Positions 1 to 8,225 of a DNA stretch of 64,000 nt are shown in pieces. The position numbers and the translations under genes are program-made. Positions within the stretch are counted from its first letter, which is position 1, and each line of letters begins with the position of its first letter. Source of the DNA: an archaeon (GTDB taxonomy: Archaea > Nanobdellota > Nanobdellia > Pacearchaeales > GW2011-AR1); contig JABHZE010000006.1 in the NCBI GenBank assembly GCA_018653485.1, forward strand, positions 132,491 to 196,490, written 5' to 3'. The notes under the pieces are model-generated. The model had not been told where the DNA came from. It ran no database searches and saw nothing but the letters and a program-made list of their open reading frames with translations.

Positions 1-1602
1 AAAAAATTAAGCTCTGTTTCAGAAGAAGAAATTGATAAATTGGAAAAAGAAGGAGTTTTTACAGGGGCTTATGCAATTAATCCTGTTAATGATGAAAAAA
101 TTCCAGTATATGCAGGTAATTTTGTTTTAGCTGATTATGGTAGTGGAATGGTGATGGCTGTTCCTGCACACGATCAAAGAGATTTTGAATTTGCTAAAAA
201 ATATAAAATTCCTGTTAAAGAAGTAATAAGTGGTGGAGATATTAAAAAACAAGCGTATACAAATGATGGAAAATTAATTAATTCTGATAAGTTTGATGGT
301 AGTGAGAATAGGCAAGCTATAGGGGATATTATTAAATTTTTAAATAAAAAGAAATTAGGCAAAAAAACTATTAATTTTAGATTAAGGGATTGGTTAGTTT
401 CAAGGCAGAGATATTGGGGAACTCCGATTCCTATTGTAAATTGTGATAATTGCGGAGCAATGCCTGTTCCTGAAAAAGATTTACCTGTTGAACTTCCTGA
501 AAAAGTTAAGTTTGGTGAAGGAAATCCTTTGGAAACAAATGAATCTTGGGTAAAAACAAAATGTCCTAAATGCGGGGGAGAAGGAAGAAGAGAAACAGAT
601 ACAATGGATACTTTTGTAAATTCTTCTTGGTATCATTTAAGATTTTGTGACTCAGATAATAAGAAGAAGATTTTTGATCCAAAAAAAGCAAATTACTGGT
701 GTCCAATTGATTTGTATATTGGTGGTAAAGAACATGCATGTATGCATGATATTTATATTAGATTTTATCATAAATTTTTGAGAGATTTAGGGTTAGTAAA
801 TACTGATGAACCTGCAGAAAAATTATTTGTTCAAGGAATGGTTCATGGGGCTGATGGAAATAAAATGAGCAAATCATTAGGGAATGTTGTAGATCCTATG
901 GAGATTATTAAAAAATATGGTGCAGATTCTTTAAGATTATTTTTAATTTCTCAAGCAAGTCCAGATAGTGATTTTAGTTGGAATGATAAAGGGGTTCAAG
1001 CATCTAATAAATTTTTAAATAAAATTATAGATTATTTTAATGATGTTAAAATTGGAAAATCTTCTAAAAAAATAGAATCAAAAATAAATAAGACAATTAA
1101 ACAAATTACACAAGATATTGAAAATATAAAATATAATCTAGGAATAATTAAATTAAGGCAGTTGTTTGAATCATTAGAATCTGAAATTTCTAAAAAAGAT
1201 GCAGAATCTTTCTTAAAAATGTTAAGCATATTTTGTCCTCATTTATCAGAAGAATTATTTGAAAAATTAAATAATAAAACATTGATTAGTGATTCAAAAT
1301 GGCCTGAAGTAAATGAATCTAAGATTAATGAAAAATTAGAAAAGGTAGAAGAATCAATTGATAGAACTGTTTCAGATATTATGAATATATTAAAGATTAT
1401 TAAAGAAAAACAAAATAAAGATGGGAAGAAGATATTTATTTATGTAACTCCTATGGAAATTGAATTTTATGATGAAAAAGATATTAGTAATCGGGTTGGG
1501 AAACCAGTAGAGATTTTTGCAGTTAATGATAAGAGTAAATATGATCCTGAAAATATTTCTAAGAAAGCTAAATTTGGTAAACCCGGAATATTTGTAGCAT
1601 AA
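1..1602 (+). CDS. leuS: Leucyl-tRNA synthetase, C-terminal part (5' end upstream of window)
   Basis: Frame is open from nt 1. Motifs VPAHDQRDFEFAKKY, RDWLVSRQRYWGTPIP, ETDTMDTFVNSSWY, GGKEHACMH and KMSKSLGN resemble bacterial-type LeuRS. Confidence 0.9.
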   Translation, partial: KKLSSVSEEEIDKLEKEGVFTGAYAINPVNDEKIPVYAGNFVLADYGSGMVMAVPAHDQRDFEFAKKYKIPVKEVISGGDIKKQAYTNDGKLINSDKFDGSENRQAIGDIIKFLNKKKLGKKTINFRLRDWLVSRQRYWGTPIPIVNCDNCGAMPVPEKDLPVELPEKVKFGEGNPLETNESWVKTKCPKCGGEGRRETDTMDTFVNSSWYHLRFCDSDNKKKIFDPKKANYWCPIDLYIGGKEHACMHDIYIRFYHKFLRDLGLVNTDEPAEKLFVQGMVHGADGNKMSKSLGNVVDPMEIIKKYGADSLRLFLISQASPDSDFSWNDKGVQASNKFLNKIIDYFNDVKIGKSSKKIESKINKTIKQITQDIENIKYNLGIIKLRQLFESLESEISKKDAESFLKMLSIFCPHLSEELFEKLNNKTLISDSKWPEVNESKINEKLEKVEESIDRTVSDIMNILKIIKEKQNKDGKKIFIYVTPMEIEFYDEKDISNRVGKPVEIFAVNDKSKYDPENISKKAKFGKPGIFVA

Positions 1603-2025
1603 TTACATTAATGAGGATAGAATTTCTAGACCTTCTTTACCCTTTATTTCAATTAATATTTCTTCTTCATTTTCTAAACAAGGAGTTGTTCTTTCAGTAG
1701 TAGTTTCTATTTTTTTGTATTTGCAAGTTGTATCACAGATAAGTGCTTTGTCTATTAGTTCTTGTTTTTTATCTTGTAATGATGCAGGGATATTTTCTAA
1801 ATCAATGTCTTGAAGTTCAGGAATTTCTTTTTGAAAATAACTTACACAATCTTCTTTTGTTTCACAAGGTTGGTCTGTTTCTTCTATTTCTCCTTCTGAA
1901 ATACAAATTCTTATTTCTTCAAAAGTATGAAATTGATAAAAATAAATTGCTGTTCCAATTATGATTAAAACTATCGCTATAATTAATATCAAGAATATTT
2001 TTAGTAATAATCCTCTTTTTTCCAT
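1603..2025 (-). CDS. Hypothetical membrane-anchored, Cys-containing acidic protein
   Basis: N-terminal hydrophobic segment LLLKIFLILIIAIVLIIIGTAIYF followed by an acidic Cys-containing region. No family recognised. Confidence 0.4.
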   Translation of the reverse strand: MEKRGLLLKIFLILIIAIVLIIIGTAIYFYQFHTFEEIRICISEGEIEETDQPCETKEDCVSYFQKEIPELQDIDLENIPASLQDKKQELIDKALICDTTCKYKKIETTTERTTPCLENEEEILIEIKGKEGLEILSSLM

Positions 2026-2082
2026 GGATTATTAGGGTAAACTAAGTTTATAAAATTTTTTAAATAATTTGACAATTTTATT

Positions 2083-2247
2083 TTATCTATTGTCTCTTTT
2101 TCCTACAACAAATCCACATCCAGGATCAGAACATTTCCATTTCTCAAAAACATCTTCCTTGAATGAGAATGGTAATAAATAACCTGCTCCACAATTAGGA
2201 CATTTTGGAAATATGCAATTGTTGTTTTCATTGTTTTCTTCCGCCAT
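2083..2247 (-). CDS. Small zinc-ribbon protein (54 aa), below the ORF-track size cutoff
   Basis: Hand translation: MAEENNENNNCIFPKCPNCGAGYLLPFSFKEDVFEKWKCSDPGCGFVVGKRDNR. Has CxxC...CxxxxC pairs, with GGGAGG about 7 nt upstream of the ATG (2255-2260 on the minus strand). Confidence 0.55.
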   Translation of the reverse strand: MAEENNENNNCIFPKCPNCGAGYLLPFSFKEDVFEKWKCSDPGCGFVVGKRDNR

Positions 2248-2327
2248 ATTAATTCCTCCCTTGTTTATTTAATATTAATTAGATTTTATAATGATTTATA
2301 AATTTATGGTTGTTTTAGAATTACTCC

Positions 2328-2358
2328 AAAATAACTCGCTCATCTAATCAGTTATTTT
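2328..2358 (-). terminator. Hairpin immediately downstream of alaS
   Basis: 9-bp perfect stem AAAATAACT / AGTTATTTT with a 13-nt loop, 14 nt after the alaS stop. Confidence 0.35.
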
Positions 2359-2371
2359 ATGATTTCTCTGA

Positions 2372-4126
2372 TTAAATAAGCTCGGCTTTAATCCTCCTTA
2401 CTCCTGAAGAAGAAGATTGTTCTTTTTTTATTTTGAATTTTCCTAGTTTTGAGGTATTTGTTACATGAGGACCTGCACAAAGTTCTTTACTAAATCCTTT
2501 AATTGTATAAACTGTAACTTTATTTCCATATTTGTTATCAAAAGCTCCTGTAGCTCCTTTTTCTTTAGCTTGTTTTAATGTCATTTCTTCTTGTTTAACT
2601 TCTAGTTTTTCTTGAATTTTTTTATTAACTAAATCTTCTATTTTCTTCTTTTCTTCATCTGTTAATTTTCTATCAAAATTAAAATCAAATCTTAATCTTT
2701 CTGAAGTTATATTTGAACCTCTTTGATTAATATCATTTCCTAATGTTTTTCTTATTGCAGCTAAAAGTAAGTGTGCTGCAGTATGGAGTTTTGTTGTTTC
2801 TTCGCCTTTATCTGCTAAACCTGATTTGAATTTTCCTGCTGTTGCAGTTCTTGAAAGTTCTTGGTGTTTTTCAAGTTCTTTTTGAAATCCTTTTTCGTCA
2901 ACTTTGATACTTTTTTCTTTTGCTAATTCTTTTGTCATTTCTATTGGGAATCCATAGGATTGAAAAAGTAAGAAAGCTTCTTTGTTTGAAATTTGTTTAT
3001 TGAGGGACATTTTTTTGAATTCTTTTAATCCTTTATCAAGAGTTTTTTCAAATTTGTTTTCTTCTAAATTTAATTCATTAATTATTTTTTCTTTATTTTT
3101 CTTTAAGTGAGAGTAGGTTCCTGAATATATTTTTATTATTATTTTTACTAAAGGGGTTGTTAAATCTGCGTCTGGTGAAATTCCTAATCTTTTTCCATAT
3201 CTTATAGCTCTTCTAATTAATCTTCTTAAAACATATCCTTGTTCAAGGTTTGAAGGGGTTATTCCATCAGCAATAATAAAAACAGATGCTTTAATATGGT
3301 CTGCAATTATTCTCATTGGTTTTTCATTACCTTTATAATTTTTTTTACTTAATTTTTCTATTTCTTCTATTATTGGTTTCCAAATTTCTGTTTGATAATT
3401 ATCTTCATGATTATTTAGTACAGCTAAAATTCTTTCAACTCCTCCTCCAAAATCAATGTTTTTTTGTTTGGCTTCATTATATTTTCCCTTTTCATCTTTC
3501 ACATATTGCATTAAAACATTGTTTCCAATTTCTACCCAGTTGTTATCTTGTGGATTATATTTTTTGGGAGGATTTTCTTTTGAAGCGCAATAAAATATTT
3601 CTGTGTCTGGACCACAAGGGCCTGTATTTCCTGCAGGGCCCCACCAATTTTCTTTTTTGTTTAGAAAAGCTATTCTTTCTTTAGATATGCCCAGGTTTAT
3701 CCAAATTTCTGATGCTTCATTATCTCTTGGAGCATTTTTATCCCCACTAAATACTGAAACTGCCAATCTTTCTATAGGTATTTTAAGTGTTTTTGTTAAG
3801 AATTCAAAAGAATATTCAATAGCTTCTTTTTTAAAATAATCTCCTAATGACCAGTTACCTAACATCTCAAAAAATGTATGGTGTGTTGTATCTCCTACCT
3901 CTTCAATATCTCCTGTTCTAATGCATCTTTGAACATTAACTAGCTTTTTTCCTTGTGGATGAGGTTGTCCTAATAAGTAAGGAACTAAGGGGTGCATTCC
4001 TGCTGTTGTGAATAATACTGTGGGATCGTTTTCAGGTATTAATGAAGAATTTTGAATTTCTTTATGTTTCTTAGATTTAAGGAATTCAATATATTTCTCT
4101 ATGAGTTGTTCTCTATTAATTTTCAT
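2372..4126 (-). CDS. alaS: Alanyl-tRNA synthetase, compact 584-aa form (catalytic, tRNA-recognition and editing core; no C-Ala domain)
   Basis: N-terminal DPTVLFTTAGMHPLVPYLLG, QRCIRTGDIEEVGDTTHHTFFEMLGNWSLGDYFK. Editing motifs HTAAHLL (HxxxH) and CAGPHV (CxxxH). Ends right after the editing core. Confidence 0.9.
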   Translation of the reverse strand: MKINREQLIEKYIEFLKSKKHKEIQNSSLIPENDPTVLFTTAGMHPLVPYLLGQPHPQGKKLVNVQRCIRTGDIEEVGDTTHHTFFEMLGNWSLGDYFKKEAIEYSFEFLTKTLKIPIERLAVSVFSGDKNAPRDNEASEIWINLGISKERIAFLNKKENWWGPAGNTGPCGPDTEIFYCASKENPPKKYNPQDNNWVEIGNNVLMQYVKDEKGKYNEAKQKNIDFGGGVERILAVLNNHEDNYQTEIWKPIIEEIEKLSKKNYKGNEKPMRIIADHIKASVFIIADGITPSNLEQGYVLRRLIRRAIRYGKRLGISPDADLTTPLVKIIIKIYSGTYSHLKKNKEKIINELNLEENKFEKTLDKGLKEFKKMSLNKQISNKEAFLLFQSYGFPIEMTKELAKEKSIKVDEKGFQKELEKHQELSRTATAGKFKSGLADKGEETTKLHTAAHLLLAAIRKTLGNDINQRGSNITSERLRFDFNFDRKLTDEEKKKIEDLVNKKIQEKLEVKQEEMTLKQAKEKGATGAFDNKYGNKVTVYTIKGFSKELCAGPHVTNTSKLGKFKIKKEQSSSSGVRRIKAELI

Positions 4127-4168
4127 GTTAATAGGATATAGGATTAAGTGTTTAAGAAAGTTTTGATT

Positions 4169-4495
4169 TTATTTACTTAATCTTGCTAATTTTTCCTGTA
4201 TTTTTTCAAGTTCTGTTTGAAGCTCATCTTTAGGTTTTTCTTGTTTAGGTTTAATCTGTTTTTTTATTAGGGTTTGTTCGTGTTCAGGCATATGTGATTC
4301 TAATTGAATTGTTTTGGTTTTTACAGAAGTTAAAAGGACTTTTAATTTGTTGTTTTGGGCTTTTTCACTCTTTCTTAATATTCTATAATTTTTCATTTTT
4401 TTAATTAAATGAATTAAATTAAGTTCTGCTGTTAGAATTTCTTTTTTAGATTCTAATGCTTTATTATAATCTAATTTTACATGTCTTGTTTCCAT
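4169..4495 (-). CDS. Hypothetical coiled-coil protein
   Basis: Start moved to the internal ATG (METRHVKLDY), which leaves 10 nt after the upstream gene's stop. K/E/Q-rich heptad-like sequence. Confidence 0.4.
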   Translation of the reverse strand: METRHVKLDYNKALESKKEILTAELNLIHLIKKMKNYRILRKSEKAQNNKLKVLLTSVKTKTIQLESHMPEHEQTLIKKQIKPKQEKPKDELQTELEKIQEKLARLSK

Positions 4496-4505
4496 TTTAG
4501 AATAA

Positions 4506-5141
4506 TTAATTGAATTTATTAAACATATTTTTGTCAACAGTTTCAATTCTCATTTTTATTAAATTAATTTCTCTTTCCCATTCTTCTAATTCTTTTTCTT
4601 CTTTTTCTCTTATTTGTTTTGTTTTTCTTAAAATAGCTTCAAGTTCTGTTAGTTTATTTTTAATTTCTTGAAAAGTATTTAATGAAAGATTGAATTTATC
4701 TAATCTAATATAAATTGGTTCTTTTGCTTTAGTCATTTGAGGAGTTGTTGCAGGTATTGGATTTGTTTGAATTGGTTTTATATGTTCAGGTTCTTCATGA
4801 ATTGATTTTGTAAATTGTTCTTGAGGTTGTTCAATAGATTCATGTTTTAAGGGTTTAAATTTAGAGGGTTGAAAATCAGGTTCTTTTGTAAGAGGTTTTG
4901 CTTCTTCTGTAATCCCTAGTTTTTGCTGAGCTTTGTTTTCATCAGGTAGTGAAGGAAGAGTATCAATTTCAACATCAGGTAATTTTTCTTCAGGAGGCGT
5001 GGAAATTTTTTCTGGTTTAGAAGTTATACTATGGCTTGGAAGATCATCCATACTTGGCAAATCTAGATTATCTGGTTCTGGAAGTTCAGGAAGCTCTGGA
5101 ACTTCTTCTATTTCATCTTTTTTCTTATTAAACCACCCCAT
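4506..5141 (-). CDS. Hypothetical protein: short amphipathic N-terminus, P/E-rich linker, C-terminal coiled coil
   Basis: MGWFNKKK start, PELPELPEPDNLDLP-type linker, C-terminal EKEEKELEEWEREINLIKMRIE. Confidence 0.4.
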   Translation of the reverse strand: MGWFNKKKDEIEEVPELPELPEPDNLDLPSMDDLPSHSITSKPEKISTPPEEKLPDVEIDTLPSLPDENKAQQKLGITEEAKPLTKEPDFQPSKFKPLKHESIEQPQEQFTKSIHEEPEHIKPIQTNPIPATTPQMTKAKEPIYIRLDKFNLSLNTFQEIKNKLTELEAILRKTKQIREKEEKELEEWEREINLIKMRIETVDKNMFNKFN

Positions 5142-5246
5142 TTTACTTGAATATATATTTTATAGTATATTTAATGCGCTGTTACTTAAAAAGGTTTGTT
5201 TTTTAGTTTTAAAATTAGTTAGAATAATTTAAATTGATATTTCTTT

Positions 5247-5358
5247 GAATTTATATTTCTTCTCCCTCATAAATTCAGAGAAAAAGAAATTTTTTACTCT
5301 GACTCATTCAAAATCTTTTAGAGATTTTGAAGATAGGGGGAGAAAAATCAAATTCTCG
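5247..5358 (+). repeat. Long-hairpin intergenic element, copy A (arms plus 62-nt structured insert)
   Basis: Arms GAATTTATATTTCTTCTCCCTC and GGGGGAGAAAAATCAAATTCTCG match copies at 24659-24711 and 44387-44436. The loop carries two extra hairpins. Confidence 0.6.
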
Positions 5359-5450
5359 TGGAAATCATAAAAAATTTATGTCTTTCCGGACAACGCTTTT
5401 GTTTCAAAACATTTAAAAGGCTATTTTAATTATTAACTTATACGAATAAA

Positions 5451-6281
5451 ATGCAAATTAAGTTTCTAAGAGCTGTTGTTGAGGACATAATAGGAAGGCC
5501 TACTGTTCCTATCGTAGATTTACTTGCAGGTAAAAAGGATGTAAATGAATTTACTATTGCTAAAAAGCTAGATTTAACAATTAATCAAACAAGAAATATC
5601 CTCTATAAATTATCTGATTACGGATTGGTTTCTTTTATTAGAAAGAAAGATAAAAGAAAGGGATGGTATATTTATTTTTGGACCTTGAATGTTTTTCAAT
5701 CTCTTGTTCTTTATGAACAAAATCTAAAAAAACAGTTAATGAATTTAGAATATCAATTAAAAAGTAGGCAGGAAAAAAGATATTATGTTTGTAATACTTG
5801 TTCAATTGAGGTTGGAGAAGAAGTTTCTTTATTAAACGGGTTTATTTGTCCTGAATGTGAAGAAGTTTATGAGTTATCTGAAAGTGGAGATTTAGTTATT
5901 GATTTAGAGAAAAAAATATCTAAAATTAATAAGGAGATTAGTTTAGTTAAAATTGAAAGAGAATTAGAAGAAGAAAAACTTAATAAACAAAAAGCAAGGA
6001 AGATTAAAAAAGCAGAAGCTGAAAGAAAGGCTAAAAGGAAAAGAACTTCTAAAAAGAAAGTTGTTAAGAAGGTTGCAAAGAAGAAGAAAAAAGTAGTTAA
6101 GAAGAAGGTTGCAAAGAAAAAGAAAGAGCCTTCTTCTCTTAGAAAGAAAAAAACCCTCGGGAAGAAAAGAACTAATTTAGCTAAGAAGAAGGTTAAGAAG
6201 GTCGCAAAGAAAAAAACTAAAGGTGTTTCTGGTTTGTTGAAGAAGTTGAGAACTAAAAAAACAAAGAAAATTAAGAAGTAG
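5451..6281 (+). CDS. tfe: Transcription factor E (TFE-alpha-like) with ~100-aa lysine-rich C-terminal tail
   Basis: Winged-helix region FTIAKKLDLTINQTRNILYKLSDYGLVSFIRKKDKRKGWYIYFW. Zn ribbon CNTC...CPEC. Tail contains KKVAKKKKKVVKKKVAKKKK repeats. Confidence 0.7.
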   Translation: MQIKFLRAVVEDIIGRPTVPIVDLLAGKKDVNEFTIAKKLDLTINQTRNILYKLSDYGLVSFIRKKDKRKGWYIYFWTLNVFQSLVLYEQNLKKQLMNLEYQLKSRQEKRYYVCNTCSIEVGEEVSLLNGFICPECEEVYELSESGDLVIDLEKKISKINKEISLVKIERELEEEKLNKQKARKIKKAEAERKAKRKRTSKKKVVKKVAKKKKKVVKKKVAKKKKEPSSLRKKKTLGKKRTNLAKKKVKKVAKKKTKGVSGLLKKLRTKKTKKIKK

Positions 6282-6291
6282 TTTTTAGAAA

Positions 6292-7140
6292 ATGGATTAT
6301 TTTATTAAAAAAAGAGTAAATTTTTTAGATGGAATTTTTAATTTATTTAGTTTAACTAATTGGTTGATTTTGATTAATTTAGTGGTTTTTGTTTTGAGTT
6401 TAATTGTTATAGGAGTAATTGGAGAGGAAAAATTTAGTTTGTTATTTACTTTACAGGCTAATAGTTTTTTTTCAGGAAGTATTTGGACTCCCTTAACTAG
6501 TATGTTTCTTCATGCAGGGCCAGGACATTTGCTTGCAAATATGGTTTCTCTATTTTTTCTTGGAAATTTAGTTGAAAAAATAATTGGTAGAAAGAGATTT
6601 TTTTGGTTATATATTTTATCGGGAATTTTTGCAGGAATATTTTATTCTGTGTTAGCTTATTATTTTGGTTTTGGAATAGGTGAAAGATTATTTGGAAGTC
6701 CTTTAACTTTTGCAGTTGGGGCATCAGGAGCTATATTTGCATTATTGGGAGTTTTAGCTGTTTTAATTCCTAAAGGAAAAGTGTATTTGATAATGGGGCC
6801 ATTGGTTGCAATTGTTGTAGAAGCTATTTTGTTAAATTTGTATCCTGATTTTGTATTTATGGGTGTTTTGAATTTAATAGTTAATGCTTATATTATTGTT
6901 TCTATATTATTAATTTTTTCAGGTTCTAAATTAATTAAAATTGCAATTCCTTGGGAAATGCCTTTTTGGGTATTGCCTTTTATTGCTATTATCCCGTTAG
7001 TTATTATTGGGTTAGTGTTTCCTTTGCCAATTGGAAATAGTGCTCATCTTGGAGGGTTGATAGGGGGATTAGGTTATGCATATTATTTAAAGAAAAAATA
7101 TAAGAGGAAGATTAATTCTTTACAGAGATATTTTAGGTGA
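6292..7140 (+). CDS. Rhomboid family intramembrane serine protease
   Basis: Multi-TM protein. Catalytic-type motifs GASGAIFALLG (GxSG) and SAHLGGLIGG (His). Confidence 0.8.
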   Translation: MDYFIKKRVNFLDGIFNLFSLTNWLILINLVVFVLSLIVIGVIGEEKFSLLFTLQANSFFSGSIWTPLTSMFLHAGPGHLLANMVSLFFLGNLVEKIIGRKRFFWLYILSGIFAGIFYSVLAYYFGFGIGERLFGSPLTFAVGASGAIFALLGVLAVLIPKGKVYLIMGPLVAIVVEAILLNLYPDFVFMGVLNLIVNAYIIVSILLIFSGSKLIKIAIPWEMPFWVLPFIAIIPLVIIGLVFPLPIGNSAHLGGLIGGLGYAYYLKKKYKRKINSLQRYFR

Positions 7141-7222
7141 ATGACTTGATTAGAAATTACGTTCGCTTTGCTCACAATTTTATGGAAAATTAGAAAGCTT
7201 TGCTAATCTAATTCTCTAGTTC

Positions 7223-7270
7223 TCAAAGAATTAAAATTCTTTGATCCTTCAAGAGCTTTGCTTCTTGAAG
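7223..7270 (+). terminator. Two adjacent perfect hairpins downstream of the rhomboid gene
   Basis: TCAAAGAATT/AATTCTTTGA (10 bp) and CTTCAAGA/TCTTGAAG (8 bp, loop GCTTTGCT). Confidence 0.35.
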
Positions 7271-7370
7271 TTATTTTAATAATTGATAAATTTGATAAGC
7301 TTTTTAGAGGAGTAGCTAGAGCTGTGTTGAGAATATTGTGAAAATTGATAAACAGGTTTAAAAATGATGG

Positions 7371-8225
7371 TTGGTTATTATAGTTAAGAAGAGAATTAAG
7401 ATGGTGAAAAAAAAGGTTGTTAAAAAGGTTGTGAAGAAAAAAGCTAGAAGTGGTAAAAATGTTAAAGTTGTTAAGAGTAAAAATTTAAGAGTTAAAAAGA
7501 ATGTTAAACCAATGGGTGCTTTAGGGAGATTAAATGCTTTTGTTTTTGGAAATTTTAGGGTTGGATTGAGTTATGTTGGAGAAGTTAAAAATTATATTTG
7601 GTTTTTATTAAGTTTGTTTTTATTGGTTTCTATTTTTGGTTTTATTTATCCTGTATTTTTTAGGGAAGAAATTATTGAGATGATTAAGGAATTAATACTT
7701 AGAACAGAAGGATTGAGTACTAATGAATTAATTAGATTTATTATGGAGAATAATATTAGAAGTTCTTTTGTGGGGATGTTTGGAGGTATTTTATTGGGTA
7801 TTATTCCTTTGTTAGTTGTTGTTGTTAATGCGTATGTTTTAGGATTTGTTGCAAATAGTGCGGTGGCTGTTGATGGATATGGGGTTTTGTTAAAATTATT
7901 CCCTCATGGGATTTTTGAAATTCCTGCTATTTTGATTAGTGTTGGTGTTGGATTGAAGATTGGTGTTGATTTGATTAGAGAATGTGTTTTGAATTATAAT
8001 CGTAAAACTAGTAAGGGTGTTTTATGGTTGTTTATTGTTTTAAGTATTTTATTTTGGCCTATTGCTTTTCTAGTGATAATGATTATTACTTTGGTTCAGA
8101 AAAAATTAAGGAAAAGATTTTGGGTAGGATTGAAAAATGCTTTTAGAGTGTTTATATTTGTAGTTGTACCACTATTGGTTATTGCAGGAATTATTGAAGG
8201 AATTTTGATTGCTTGTATGGCTTAA
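7371..8225 (+). CDS. SpoIIM-family (stage II sporulation protein M-like) membrane protein with K-rich N-terminus
   Basis: Multi-TM protein with FPHGIFEIPAILIS motif. N-terminal VKKKVVKKVVKKKARSGKNVKVVKSK. Confidence 0.6.
   Translation: MVIIVKKRIKMVKKKVVKKVVKKKARSGKNVKVVKSKNLRVKKNVKPMGALGRLNAFVFGNFRVGLSYVGEVKNYIWFLLSLFLLVSIFGFIYPVFFREEIIEMIKELILRTEGLSTNELIRFIMENNIRSSFVGMFGGILLGIIPLLVVVVNAYVLGFVANSAVAVDGYGVLLKLFPHGIFEIPAILISVGVGLKIGVDLIRECVLNYNRKTSKGVLWLFIVLSILFWPIAFLVIMIITLVQKKLRKRFWVGLKNAFRVFIFVVVPLLVIAGIIEGILIACMA

Noticed and set aside
3316-3839. Plus-strand ORFs of 122 and 78 aa inside alaS
   Set aside because: They are antisense to a well-supported aaRS gene, with low-complexity F/L-rich translations typical of shadow ORFs in AT-rich DNA.
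4506-5141. SepF-like FtsZ membrane anchor
   Set aside because: The N-terminal amphipathic segment and linker are suggestive, but the C-terminal region is a coiled coil and not a SepF-like alpha/beta core.
5990-6281. Tandem A/G-rich DNA repeats, considered as a possible non-coding satellite
   Set aside because: They are in-frame and encode the lysine-rich tail of the TFE-like protein.
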